This document shows positions 48,530 through 56,641 of a stretch of 64,000 nucleotides of DNA, piece after piece. This DNA comes from a virus. The position numbers were made by a program, and so were the translations under genes. The DNA lies in IMG/VR virus record IMGVR_UViG_3300031787_000005; one strand, given 5' to 3'. Below the pieces are notes generated by a model, which saw only the letters and a list, made by a program, of their open reading frames with translations, did no database searches and was not told the DNA's origin. How positions within the stretch are numbered: the first letter of the stretch is position 1; every line of letters begins with the position of its first letter.

Positions 48530-50437
48530 TTATCCCCTCTTTAGATCTCCGTTTGAATAGCTTGATGTTACCTTAAATCCAACACCAGATATTTGTTCAC
48601 CAGATGTGATTGTATCCTTAACCATATTTATGGTGGAATTATCGATGTTAAAACTCAGATATAGGTCTTTCAATCCAATAACATCATTAGACTCTGGATA
48701 CGCCTGAACTTCGACTATATTATTTGCTTCAATTGTAGAAGAAATATTCAACGTGTTTAATAGAATTTCTCCTTTTATGTAATCAACAGATCCTGCAGAT
48801 TTTACTACAACTACAGGTGATCCAACATCATCAGATTCTTTAACGATCGAAATAACTCCCTTTCCACTGCCATCTAAATTACCAGTTGCATCTTTATTGG
48901 GAATATCGGTAAGGTAAACAATATCTGAAGATCCTATGATTGTAAATCCAGTGCTTTTAATATTGTATCCTTTTGGATCAATATGGAATTGATTGCCGAA
49001 ACATAATTCATATTGAGCATACTGATTAACGGATGCTCTCAAGTTTCTTCTCATTTTGACTTTTGTAATGTTTGAAGTTATTGCTTCATCTACAGTGTCA
49101 ATGAGTTTTACGACTTTACTATATCTGAATCTACCACCAAACTTATTCACATCAGATGATTGTGAATAAAGAGTAATCGAATTTAGAATATTTGACTTTA
49201 AATTATCAATACTCGATACTTTTGATGGATTATAATAAACATAAGAATCAATCTCAACAAAGAGTACCTGGAGATCTACAATAGATTGATTGATTCCAGA
49301 CAAACTATAGTTCTTTAACTTCGAAAGAATCTGCCTCTTATCAAAGTCGGAGATAAAGTCTCCATTTTTTGGTTTAATACTAATAATTACATTTCCATAT
49401 TGGGGTGGATCTAACTCCTCTCCACCAACAATAGAAACTGATTCTGTGTTTGGATATATTTCACGAACAATCGATTCATAATCTCTAGCAGTTACGGCAC
49501 GATAATTTGAAGAGTATAGTCTAGGTGCAAAATATTTAATAGAGTCTACACTCTCAATATCACCACCATTAATCGAAGGTTGTGTGGTTGTAACATTTAT
49601 TGAAGCAGATGGCAAAATCACTTCATTTGATGATCCAAGAAGTCTTCCAGAAAAATCAAAACTTCTGGCACCATTACCATCTGCACCATCTGTAACAATA
49701 TATGATGCGCTAATTACGGCATTGTTTTCTGGTTTTTTGCCGAAGATACCATCTCCAAACAATAGTTGATATCTTTCGTCCTTAATCTCTTGAATTAGAT
49801 AAGTCTCAGATGTTGAATTGATATTTAAGATACTTGATGTTAAAGAATATTCTCTACCTTTTCCTAAATCCGCAACAGATTTTACATAAACTGTAATTGT
49901 TGATGTGTCAATATATGCATTATCTAATACAAATTTTTGATCCAAAGATCCATCTACAAGGAATTGATTGACTAAGTATGATCCTTGATAGATTGTGATG
50001 TCTTGGAAAGTCGCAACTCCATTGTTAATGGTCGTTGTTATTGATTCTGGAATCGAAAATAGATACGTCGTATCATTGATGCTTCCTACACACACCAAGC
50101 CCGCCTCTAAGGTGCATGTCGGGGATGTGCTACTAGTTTGTACCTGAAATGAAACAATTGCCTTAGAAGCAGTCCTGGAGCGAGGTACGTACCCAATGTT
50201 TCTCGCAAGCGCAACCACATTCTCTCTGAGAGTTGCAGAATCCAAGAAGGATTCATTCACAATCATATTAGAATTAAAAGCAGTTACGTATGTGTTATAC
50301 GCAAGAATATCAATCAGTACAGAAAGATTAGATCCATCAAAATCAAAATCAGTGAAATTTGAATTTGCCCTAATATAATCTTTAATGGATCTCTTTATGT
50401 CCTCATAATCTAGATTGGTGAATTGTGTAAAAGGCAT
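48530..50437 (-). CDS. gp6: Baseplate wedge subunit
   Basis: LDYEDIK, FDFDGSNLSVLIDILAYNT, FLDSATLRENVV, RAVTARDYE. Confidence 0.95.
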   Translation of the reverse strand: MPFTQFTNLDYEDIKRSIKDYIRANSNFTDFDFDGSNLSVLIDILAYNTYVTAFNSNMIVNESFLDSATLRENVVALARNIGYVPRSRTASKAIVSFQVQTSSTSPTCTLEAGLVCVGSINDTTYLFSIPESITTTINNGVATFQDITIYQGSYLVNQFLVDGSLDQKFVLDNAYIDTSTITVYVKSVADLGKGREYSLTSSILNINSTSETYLIQEIKDERYQLLFGDGIFGKKPENNAVISASYIVTDGADGNGARSFDFSGRLLGSSNEVILPSASINVTTTQPSINGGDIESVDSIKYFAPRLYSSNYRAVTARDYESIVREIYPNTESVSIVGGEELDPPQYGNVIISIKPKNGDFISDFDKRQILSKLKNYSLSGINQSIVDLQVLFVEIDSYVYYNPSKVSSIDNLKSNILNSITLYSQSSDVNKFGGRFRYSKVVKLIDTVDEAITSNITKVKMRRNLRASVNQYAQYELCFGNQFHIDPKGYNIKSTGFTIIGSSDIVYLTDIPNKDATGNLDGSGKGVISIVKESDDVGSPVVVVKSAGSVDYIKGEILLNTLNISSTIEANNIVEVQAYPESNDVIGLKDLYLSFNIDNSTINMVKDTITSGEQISGVGFKVTSSYSNGDLKRG

Positions 50438-50438
50438 T

Positions 50439-50840
50439 TTACCTTGTGCTTTCTAAGATGAATCTAAATTGTTGCTGTGGAAAATCTTGCCCAATAATAT
50501 CGTATTGAATTGCTATTTCAAAAGTATTTTCATTAGGTGAAGGAGTCACATATACTTTTACATTCTCAATTCTTTCCTCATATGTTTTCAATGCCGTCTT
50601 AATTTCTTCTTCAATTAGCAATGCAGAACCAACGTCAACAAAATCAAAAAGCAATTCGTTGACTCTTGAACCAAAATTTGGATTAAAGAACTTTTCGGAA
50701 GGTATTGTTTCAATAATATTTCTCACAGAACGCTTTATTGCAGATTCATTCTTCAAGATCTGTAAATCTTTGGTGACAGGATGAGGCTCAAAGGATAAAC
50801 TAATATCCTTAAATGTTCTCGATATTCTCTCTACTGCCAT
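50439..50840 (-). CDS. gp25: Baseplate wedge gp25-family protein
   Basis: FKDISLSF, AIKRSVRNII..EKFFNPNFGS, YEERI; TAAATA at 50864-50869. Confidence 0.92.
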   Translation of the reverse strand: MAVERISRTFKDISLSFEPHPVTKDLQILKNESAIKRSVRNIIETIPSEKFFNPNFGSRVNELLFDFVDVGSALLIEEEIKTALKTYEERIENVKVYVTPSPNENTFEIAIQYDIIGQDFPQQQFRFILESTR

Positions 50841-50872
50841 CGGAGACTAAGATTTTCTTCATTTATTTAGGA

Positions 50873-51115
50873 TCATTTCCATGGAGATCCGTATGTTGGT
50901 TCTGTTCCATAGGTCCAATCATCATAGTCTTCATCATTACGAATTTTTTCATGCAGATCAGTTTGTTTCTTTAAATCATGCTTTGGTGCAGAATCGTGCA
51001 TGACTTCCTGAATGATTCTTTTTGGTGGTGCCGAATCATAATCAGTGATCAATTTTGTGGTTCCCCACATCTCTCTCATGTAATTTGAATCTCTATCTAT
51101 AGGTAGATTTGACAT
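50873..51115 (-). CDS. Small hypothetical late protein
   Basis: ORF track; GGAG RBS and TAAATA at 51178-51183. Confidence 0.75.
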   Translation of the reverse strand: MSNLPIDRDSNYMREMWGTTKLITDYDSAPPKRIIQEVMHDSAPKHDLKKQTDLHEKIRNDEDYDDWTYGTEPTYGSPWK

Positions 51116-51184
51116 TTTAGCTCCTGTTTTAATGAATAAAACAGAACTTTTATGAAGGAGGTTGCTATCTCCTTAAGTATTTAA

Positions 51185-51526
51185 CTACCGATCAACTTCT
51201 CTAAGACGATAGTTATCAGAATTGAGATATTTTAGCATTTCTAAGGCAATGAGTCGAGGGTTTCCTTCCCCACAAGTATATACATCGATTGCCAAACACC
51301 CATTTTCTGGCCAAGTATGACAAGAAACATGACTTTCCGAGAGTGCAATAACAACTGTGCACCCCTGTGGAACAAAACAATGGGCAAAAATGTTAAGAAT
51401 TGTCATCTTTGCACGTTTAATACCACTCTCCATCGCTGCCTGGAGTGATATCGCATCGTTTAAAAGTGCAAAATCCACATCATACACCTCTAAGAGCAGG
51501 TGTTTGCCCATTGAAAAATGTTCCAA
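51185..51526 (-). CDS. speD: S-adenosylmethionine decarboxylase proenzyme (pyruvoyl-dependent)
   Basis: MGKHLLLEVY, PQGCTVVIALSESHVSCHTWPE, DVYTCG. Confidence 0.9.
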   Translation of the reverse strand: MEHFSMGKHLLLEVYDVDFALLNDAISLQAAMESGIKRAKMTILNIFAHCFVPQGCTVVIALSESHVSCHTWPENGCLAIDVYTCGEGNPRLIALEMLKYLNSDNYRLREVDR

Positions 51527-51547
51527 CTCAGTTTTTAATTAAAAAAT

Positions 51548-52003
51548 CTATTTATTTCTTATCTTTTGCACCAGTTCATAGTCTTTTTCTAAAATTTTCT
51601 TCAAATATTCATCATCCCACAGGTCATAATAACTAGTCTTTGCCAAAATTAGTCTCATTTTGGTTAAAAATTGAGAATTTTGGTACAAAACTAAGTTATA
51701 CTTGGCATTATTCGTCTGAACGCCACTGATAAAACTATCCTCATCACGAAAATCATCAAAAAATTTGTATTTTGCATACTTTTGATTTAATTCTTCAATC
51801 TTTTGATACCCATAATCAATATCTAAGTCATCTTCAACCACAAAAATAACGACACCAAACTCTTCATCGAGAGGTTTGATGTCGTCTATCGAGCAACTTA
51901 CGATTTTATAAGTATTTGCCTTTGCGAATGGACAAATTGAATGACCTTTTAGATCTGGATGTGACGTTTGAATGTGTTTAATCCAATCTTCAAGGTCTTT
52001 CAT
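51548..52003 (-). CDS. Hypothetical protein (CPFA motif)
   Basis: ORF track. Confidence 0.65.
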   Translation of the reverse strand: MKDLEDWIKHIQTSHPDLKGHSICPFAKANTYKIVSCSIDDIKPLDEEFGVVIFVVEDDLDIDYGYQKIEELNQKYAKYKFFDDFRDEDSFISGVQTNNAKYNLVLYQNSQFLTKMRLILAKTSYYDLWDDEYLKKILEKDYELVQKIRNK

Positions 52004-52006
52004 AAA

Positions 52007-52153
52007 TTATTTTCCTTGCCCTCTATATTTCTTACGAGCCGAGTTACGCGAGGTAGCGGCATATTTTGTACCACCTCCGTCTCCTTGTCGAGACTTTTTC
52101 GGCGGACCAGGAATATAAGAACTTTTATTCAGACCAACCTTTGACTTTGCCAT
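52007..52153 (-). CDS. Small very basic protein, 48 aa (MAKSKVGLNKSSYIPGPPKKSRQGDGGGTKYAATSRNSARKKYRGQGK)
   Basis: Hand-translated; fills the gap between neighbouring genes exactly. Confidence 0.65.
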   Translation of the reverse strand: MAKSKVGLNKSSYIPGPPKKSRQGDGGGTKYAATSRNSARKKYRGQGK

Positions 52154-52346
52154 TGTTTATAAGACTCCAGTGTTTTCCAATAATTTCAGTTTCAATTTCT
52201 CCAGGACTTGGAGAACCTGTCTGATAATACTGAATCGACAGATCCTCCATAATATCGAAGTATTCTTCCTCTGTGAGATGGGAATAAATCTTACGCCCAT
52301 TACAGAGTATGTTGTATCTTGTATCAGATGATTCTTGTTTTTTCAT
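52125..52346 (-). CDS. Small hypothetical protein (YNILCNGRKIYSHLTEEEYFDIMEDL); start uncertain
   Basis: 3' part of track ORF 52125..52475; the only plausible ATG (52346) lies inside the upstream gene. Confidence 0.45.
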   Translation of the reverse strand: MKKQESSDTRYNILCNGRKIYSHLTEEEYFDIMEDLSIQYYQTGSPSPGEIETEIIGKHWSLINNGKVKGWSE

Positions 52347-53076
52347 GTCCAACACGAATGCGAGGATCGCACCAGATTTCGAAACCTGCTTCTTTTGCAT
52401 CAAGGCAGAATGAAACATCTTCGCCACACATATCTTGAACTTCGCCACTCTCAAAGACTTGCATCTTTGGTGCAAACCAAGGATACTTCATTTCGGAATG
52501 CTCGAAGACACCTTTCTTGATTAGAAGCCAACCAAATCCAGTGTAGTCTACAGTAAATGGTTTACGACGCTTGGAAATACTTTCAGTAGTTTCGTGATTC
52601 ATTACACCACCATTGCTACGGAAATCATCCTCTTCTAACCAGTGAGCAACAGATGTGGTCACTCCATCTTCCGTTGCATACCATCCAGCAGCAATATCTT
52701 TTTCCATCAGGACAAGTTGCCAGAACTTATCAGTATTGAAAACAATATCACTATCAATCCAAAGTTGCCAATCATAAGGCAGTTTTCCATCCCAGGGCAC
52801 TTGATCAGGTCCACGGAGCACGTTAGCACCAAGACACTTACAACGTGCAAAATTAACCATCGAGGAATAATCTTGCGAAATTTGGATGCTAGCACCAGCT
52901 TGCACCAGATCAAAGCACATCTGTACGAAGCTCTTTAAGTAGGTGTAAGAAACTCCACGTCCAGGGAGACAGAACACAATGGTTTTACCTCTCACTAACT
53001 CTCTGGCTTTATCGTAGTCCCACTCTTGTTCAGTCGTCTGCGGGGCTTTTGCTTTTACAGTAAATCCTTTAGCCAT
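52324..53076 (-). CDS. GT-A fold glycosyltransferase-like protein
   Basis: LWIDSDIVF (DxD motif), GFGWLLIKKGVF, GEDVSFC, RVGHEK. Confidence 0.75.
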   Translation of the reverse strand: MAKGFTVKAKAPQTTEQEWDYDKARELVRGKTIVFCLPGRGVSYTYLKSFVQMCFDLVQAGASIQISQDYSSMVNFARCKCLGANVLRGPDQVPWDGKLPYDWQLWIDSDIVFNTDKFWQLVLMEKDIAAGWYATEDGVTTSVAHWLEEDDFRSNGGVMNHETTESISKRRKPFTVDYTGFGWLLIKKGVFEHSEMKYPWFAPKMQVFESGEVQDMCGEDVSFCLDAKEAGFEIWCDPRIRVGHEKTRII

Positions 53077-53098
53077 AATAGAATGCGTTTACTTCAGT

Positions 53099-53127
53099 AT
53101 CATACCTTATTATGTATGAGATGTCAA
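53099..53127 (-). promoter_or_regulatory. Consensus sigma70 promoter TTGACA-17-TATGAT for the glycosyltransferase-like gene
   Basis: -35 at 53127-53122, -10 at 53104-53099. Confidence 0.8.
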
Positions 53128-53297
53128 TTCGTTCGTTCTGTGATGATTACCTCATTCCCATCTAGGGCAATCCGTACTTCCGTATCTTCATACCATTCGA
53201 GTTCATTGATCATCTCTTCAGGTATCGTTATAAAGTACTCCCCCGTAATTGGATCAACCTGTACGGGCACAAATTTATCTCCGGAATTTTTTCTCAT
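53124..53297 (-). CDS. AbrB/MazE-like swapped-hairpin DNA-binding protein, 57 aa
   Basis: YFITIPEEMINELEWYEDTEVRI pattern; start MRKN at 53297. Confidence 0.6.
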   Translation of the reverse strand: MRKNSGDKFVPVQVDPITGEYFITIPEEMINELEWYEDTEVRIALDGNEVIITERTN

Positions 53298-53410
53298 ACT
53301 ATGAAACTTATTTTTAATCTTATATATGGGAAAAAAATTTTTAAGTTGGGCGGAACATTTAGATCGCTTTCGTAACACTTTGTAGGTTACAGGGACCCAT
53401 CGTTTTTATA

Positions 53411-53452
53411 CGGCGGCGCCCCGCCCGAACGGGGGCGGCGGGGGCGCTGCTG
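53411..53452. other. Long GC-rich hairpin at the early/late boundary
   Basis: CGGCGGCGCCC-CGCCC-GAACGG-GGGCG-...-GGGCGCTGCTG inverted repeat; no terminator-oriented U-tract. Confidence 0.6.
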
Positions 53453-53473
53453 CTGCACGAACGCATGAGGGCG

Positions 53474-53671
53474 TCACCCCTGCTGTGTGACCCACCCGCT
53501 GACGGGGCACGGGGTCACATCGGCACGGAAGGTATCCTCAAACTGGGCAGACCACACGGCGGCGGGGTGACCCATGGGAGGGGTTAGGCGGTTAAAGTTG
53601 GTGCCGTCGTTGCGGTAGGCGACCCATTCGGTCTGGCGGTCGGCAAGGCGGGTGGCGGGGGAGAGGCGCAT
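53474..53671 (-). CDS. Early hypothetical protein, 65 aa
   Basis: ORF track; follows the palindrome promoter at 53694-53754. Confidence 0.6.
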   Translation of the reverse strand: MRLSPATRLADRQTEWVAYRNDGTNFNRLTPPMGHPAAVWSAQFEDTFRADVTPCPVSGWVTQQG

Positions 53672-53693
53672 CGGGTGGGTTGCTGTTGAGAGA

Positions 53694-53754
53694 ATTCTAC
53701 AGGGTCAGGAAGGGGGCAGGGTGCCCCCTGTGTGACAGCGCCTCAATCGGCATA
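53694..53754 (-). promoter_or_regulatory. Palindrome-type promoter (dyad 53731-53754, -10 TAGAAT)
   Basis: GCTGTCACA right half, degenerate left half, 31 nt to the -10 box. Confidence 0.6.
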
Positions 53755-53925
53755 GGAGAGCAGGAAGTCCTCCAGAAATTCCCGGGCATCGTCCCCGCTC
53801 ATCTGGGAGATCATTTCACGGGCGATCGTCTCCCAGGAGAACACGTCTGCCAGGTCGGTGATGGCAGCACGGGCATCACGGGCGCTCATGGTACGGCGAT
53901 CGAGCATGGCGTAGGTCAGAGGCAT
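53743..53925 (-). CDS. Early hypothetical protein, 60 aa (MPLTYAMLDRR...)
   Basis: Start chosen downstream of the -10 at 53952-53957; stop inside the next palindrome. Confidence 0.65.
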   Translation of the reverse strand: MPLTYAMLDRRTMSARDARAAITDLADVFSWETIAREMISQMSGDDAREFLEDFLLSYAD

Positions 53926-53951
53926 GGGGTCAGGTCGTTTGATCTGAAAGA

Positions 53952-54011
53952 ATTCTACAGGCAACCCCCCGCCGAATCGGTGAGGGGTGTGCCACCTGTC
54001 AGAGTGTCACC
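53952..54011 (-). promoter_or_regulatory. Palindrome-type promoter (dyad 53988-54011, -10 TAGAAT)
   Basis: TGTGCCACC-TGTCAG-AGTGTCACC; 30 nt to the -10 box. Confidence 0.7.
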
Positions 54012-54144
54012 AGATGATGGGGTTCCCCTGCAGATCGGTTACAGTGCCCGCCTGTTCATCTTGGGCAATTGATTCAAGAATCCGCAGGATTTGCTCTCCA
54101 TTGTTACCTTTCTTCAGGAGAGAGATTGCCAGGGATTGAGTCAT
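54007..54144 (-). CDS. Early hypothetical protein, 45 aa (MTQSLAISLLKKGNNGEQILRILES...)
   Basis: 3' part of a track ORF; stop inside the palindrome. Confidence 0.6.
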   Translation of the reverse strand: MTQSLAISLLKKGNNGEQILRILESIAQDEQAGTVTDLQGNPIIW

Positions 54145-54312
54145 GATAAAAAAGGAAAGTGTACGGGTGGCAGTCTTTAAAGGCGCTGCCATTCCTGGGG
54201 GATTAAAACTTAGGGGTCAGAACCTTAAAGATAACGACCTTACGATTGAAGGGGTGGAGAGTGTAGTTTAGGAGGCGGAGCATTTGTGAAAAGAAAGGGG
54301 TGGACAGAAAGT

Positions 54313-54630
54313 TCAGTTCAGACGCATTCCAGAAAAGAAAGGAATTGTGCCGAACTGAGAGGAAGAAAAGAACCAATCAAAGTTCTTTTGAAATACACGT
54401 TCGTCACCAATTCCGTGTGCAGAAAGAATAGCATTCAGACGGGATTTGGTGGTGTTGGTTTGATGTCCACCATCGAAAAGTTCAATCCAAGTCTCACCAA
54501 TTCGGGCGATCAGATTGCCGTGCAGAAAGACATCAGTAACGTTAGAACATGAGATGACTTCAGTGTTTGCCAGTTTGAAATCTTTGCCAGCGGTGATAGC
54601 GGCATTCATCAGACGTTCGATCTTACGCAT
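54313..54630 (-). CDS. Early hypothetical protein, 105 aa (MRKIERLMNAAI...)
   Basis: ORF track; downstream of the promoter at 54660-54719. Confidence 0.75.
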   Translation of the reverse strand: MRKIERLMNAAITAGKDFKLANTEVISCSNVTDVFLHGNLIARIGETWIELFDGGHQTNTTKSRLNAILSAHGIGDERVFQKNFDWFFSSSQFGTIPFFSGMRLN

Positions 54631-54659
54631 GGTTGGGGTCGGTTGGTTGACTTGAGAGA

Positions 54660-54719
54660 ATAGTAGAACGGATGGGGGGTGGAATCAACTCCCCATGTGA
54701 CACTTCGGGGACTGTCACA
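54660..54719 (-). promoter_or_regulatory. Palindrome-type promoter (dyad 54696-54719, -10 TACTAT)
   Basis: TGTGACACT-TCGGGG-ACTGTCACA; 30 nt to the -10 box. Confidence 0.75.
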
Positions 54720-54876
54720 TCCCGTCAGTGTAGTCTCCGATGATCATGCCATTCTGGCGGACCTGGGCGTACCCGTACTCTTCAGAGAGGGAGAGGCACA
54801 GATCCCAGGCACGATCCTCATCGGTGGTGGTGTTCTCCCAGGGAGCGGAGGGGCAGATCACGTCCAGGCGTTGCAT
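54715..54876 (-). CDS. Early hypothetical protein, 53 aa (MQRLDVICPSAPWENTTTDEDRAWDLCLSLSEEYGYAQVRQNG...)
   Basis: Hand-translated; stop inside the palindrome. Confidence 0.65.
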   Translation of the reverse strand: MQRLDVICPSAPWENTTTDEDRAWDLCLSLSEEYGYAQVRQNGMIIGDYTDGM

Positions 54877-54900
54877 CGTTTCGGTTCGGTTGATGGAATC

Positions 54901-54960
54901 AGTCTACAGGGTCAGTCCCTGATGATGTCGGCGGTGAGTGCCAGTGCGTCAGCTGTCACA
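54901..54960 (-). promoter_or_regulatory. Palindrome-type promoter (dyad 54937-54960, -10 TAGACT)
   Basis: AGTGCCAGT-GCGTCA-GCTGTCACA; 30 nt to the -10 box. Confidence 0.7.
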
Positions 54961-55030
54961 TGGCGGAGCGGTTGCAGGGGGTGCCAGAATATTGTCACCA
55001 GGGCAACCGCTAAGATTGCTTTCCCCAAGG

Positions 55031-55219
55031 TCACAGAATGACGGGGGCAAAAGGTTTGTGAAGGATGCCATAATCTTCGATGGATTGATCTAAGATAGCA
55101 TCGATTGCTTCGTTGATACGCTTCCAGGAATTGATCGGAGCGACAACATCCTGGCAGGTTTTTTTCCAGGATCCGTTAACTTTAACCACAACAGACTTAG
55201 TGAGAGTTTGTTTGATCAT
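55031..55219 (-). CDS. Early hypothetical protein, 62 aa (MIKQTLTKSVVVKVNG...)
   Basis: 3' part of track ORF 55031..55276. Confidence 0.6.
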   Translation of the reverse strand: MIKQTLTKSVVVKVNGSWKKTCQDVVAPINSWKRINEAIDAILDQSIEDYGILHKPFAPVIL

Positions 55220-55259
55220 GGTTTGAAGGCGGTGGGGGGCGTCTCTCCCCCCGATGAAC

Positions 55260-55321
55260 ATAGTATGGCACCCCACAGGGGTCAGATCAATAGGGTGTGT
55301 GCCAGTTCCTCAACTGGCACA
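55260..55321 (-). promoter_or_regulatory. Palindrome-type promoter (dyad 55298-55321, -10 TACTAT)
   Basis: TGTGCCAGT-TCCTCA-ACTGGCACA (perfect arms); 32 nt to the -10 box. Confidence 0.75.
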
Positions 55322-56206
55322 CTGAAAGCGTCCGTTGTTGAAGTTAGCGTTAGAAAAGACCTCACGATTGACCAACTTAAACATACCGAACTGGTTGGTC
55401 ATCACATAACCCTCAGCATCGATTCTGTTGCCGTAGAGGTATGCTGCAGGACCACCATTGCGGCAGAGATAGAGGCAGTCATCTTTGATCGACTTCACCA
55501 ATGCCCACAGACGCAGCAGGTTAGCATCACAATCGAAGTCGTCGGGGTTGATCCCATCACCAGCACGAATGCAGGCGTTGATCTGCTGTTTGATCTTTGC
55601 CGCTTCCTTATCAGTTACAAACTCACAGGCAGTTGACATTTGACGGGCAAAGTCACAAACTTCCTTTACATCAGCAAACGATTCTTGATTGTAAAGAATG
55701 TACGTGTTGGGTTTCACAAACAGGCACGAATCGGTGCTGATCAGATCACCCTCAAGCGGGTGAGCGATAGCATCACGCAGATCAGAATCTGCAGTGTAGA
55801 AGGTATGCGGAGCGATGATGATTTGCTCCTGAATCACCTCAGGGAATTGGTAAGTGATTGTATTAGGAGTGTACTCACAATCACCACCGAAACCAATAAA
55901 ATCGCCTTGAAAGATACCATCTGCACGAGGCAACCAATCAAGACAAGCGTGCAGAATGTTTGCAACCTGCCCTGCATGATTCTGATCGATTTCATCATGA
56001 GAATGATTGATCTTGATTTTAACTTTGTTGAACACAGATTTGGTGCCAACGAAGAACTTACCATTGGCGGGATTGATACCCCAAACGATGGCAGGTGCGC
56101 CGTCAATCTTAACACTCATGGTGCCAGGATTCACGAACCAATCCAGAACAGAAAGATCACCCGTCAGGATGGTATCTTCGGGGTGTTCGAGGTGTGTGTT
56201 TTTCAT
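55310..56206 (-). CDS. Early protein with ATP-dependent ligase/nucleotidyltransferase-like motifs, 298 aa
   Basis: Start MKNTHLEHPED at 56206; SVKIDGAP (KxDG), FQGDF, EGYVM, MFKLV. Confidence 0.6.
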   Translation of the reverse strand: MKNTHLEHPEDTILTGDLSVLDWFVNPGTMSVKIDGAPAIVWGINPANGKFFVGTKSVFNKVKIKINHSHDEIDQNHAGQVANILHACLDWLPRADGIFQGDFIGFGGDCEYTPNTITYQFPEVIQEQIIIAPHTFYTADSDLRDAIAHPLEGDLISTDSCLFVKPNTYILYNQESFADVKEVCDFARQMSTACEFVTDKEAAKIKQQINACIRAGDGINPDDFDCDANLLRLWALVKSIKDDCLYLCRNGGPAAYLYGNRIDAEGYVMTNQFGMFKLVNREVFSNANFNNGRFQCAS

Positions 56207-56210
56207 GCTG

Positions 56211-56272
56211 TTAGTATGGCACGGAATCAGAGGGATCACAAGGGGTCTTGTGCCAGTTCCTCAACTGTCACT
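56211..56272 (-). promoter_or_regulatory. Palindrome-type promoter (dyad 56249-56272, -10 TACTAA)
   Basis: TGTGCCAGT-TCCTCA-ACTGTCACT; 32 nt to the -10 box. Confidence 0.7.
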
Positions 56273-56441
56273 CCTCCAGCAGTTCAGGATAGTATTCTTC
56301 AACCTCTGCAATCAGTTCCTCATCACTATACCCAGAAAGATTTTCTTCGATCTGGTCACCAACAATACGCATCAAATCTTTGGTGGACATGTTATCAAGG
56401 ATGCGGTCAATGTACGCATCCAGAAGTTCTTGGCGGTTCAT
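56268..56441 (-). CDS. Early acidic hypothetical protein, 57 aa (MNRQELLDAYIDRILD...)
   Basis: ATGA overlap with the upstream gene; stop in the palindrome. Confidence 0.7.
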   Translation of the reverse strand: MNRQELLDAYIDRILDNMSTKDLMRIVGDQIEENLSGYSDEELIAEVEEYYPELLEE

Positions 56442-56641
56442 TTCAGAATGTGGCGATAGTTTAGACTTTTGATGCACCAACCATAAGCGGTGGTGATTTC
56501 TTCCACGAGGTCATCTTCATCATCTGCCTCCCAGATTTGACCATAGACTTCACATACAATTTCGTATGCTTCATCTACACTTAATGCTTCATCATCATAA
56601 TCATCAAAATCAAACTCAATGTCGGTGATTTGGAATTGCAT
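56438..56641 (-). CDS. Early acidic hypothetical protein, 67 aa
   Basis: ORF track. Confidence 0.7.
   Translation of the reverse strand: MQFQITDIEFDFDDYDDEALSVDEAYEIVCEVYGQIWEADDEDDLVEEITTAYGWCIKSLNYRHILK

Noticed and set aside
54981-54998. GTGCCAG-AATA-TTGTCAC half-site pair
   Set aside because: Spacing is 4 nt shorter than the 24-bp consensus and there is no -10 at the expected distance; not counted as a site.
55640-56464. 274-aa plus-strand ORF (and 56007..56459)
   Set aside because: Antisense to the ligase-like gene and its neighbours; no promoter, RBS or motif support.
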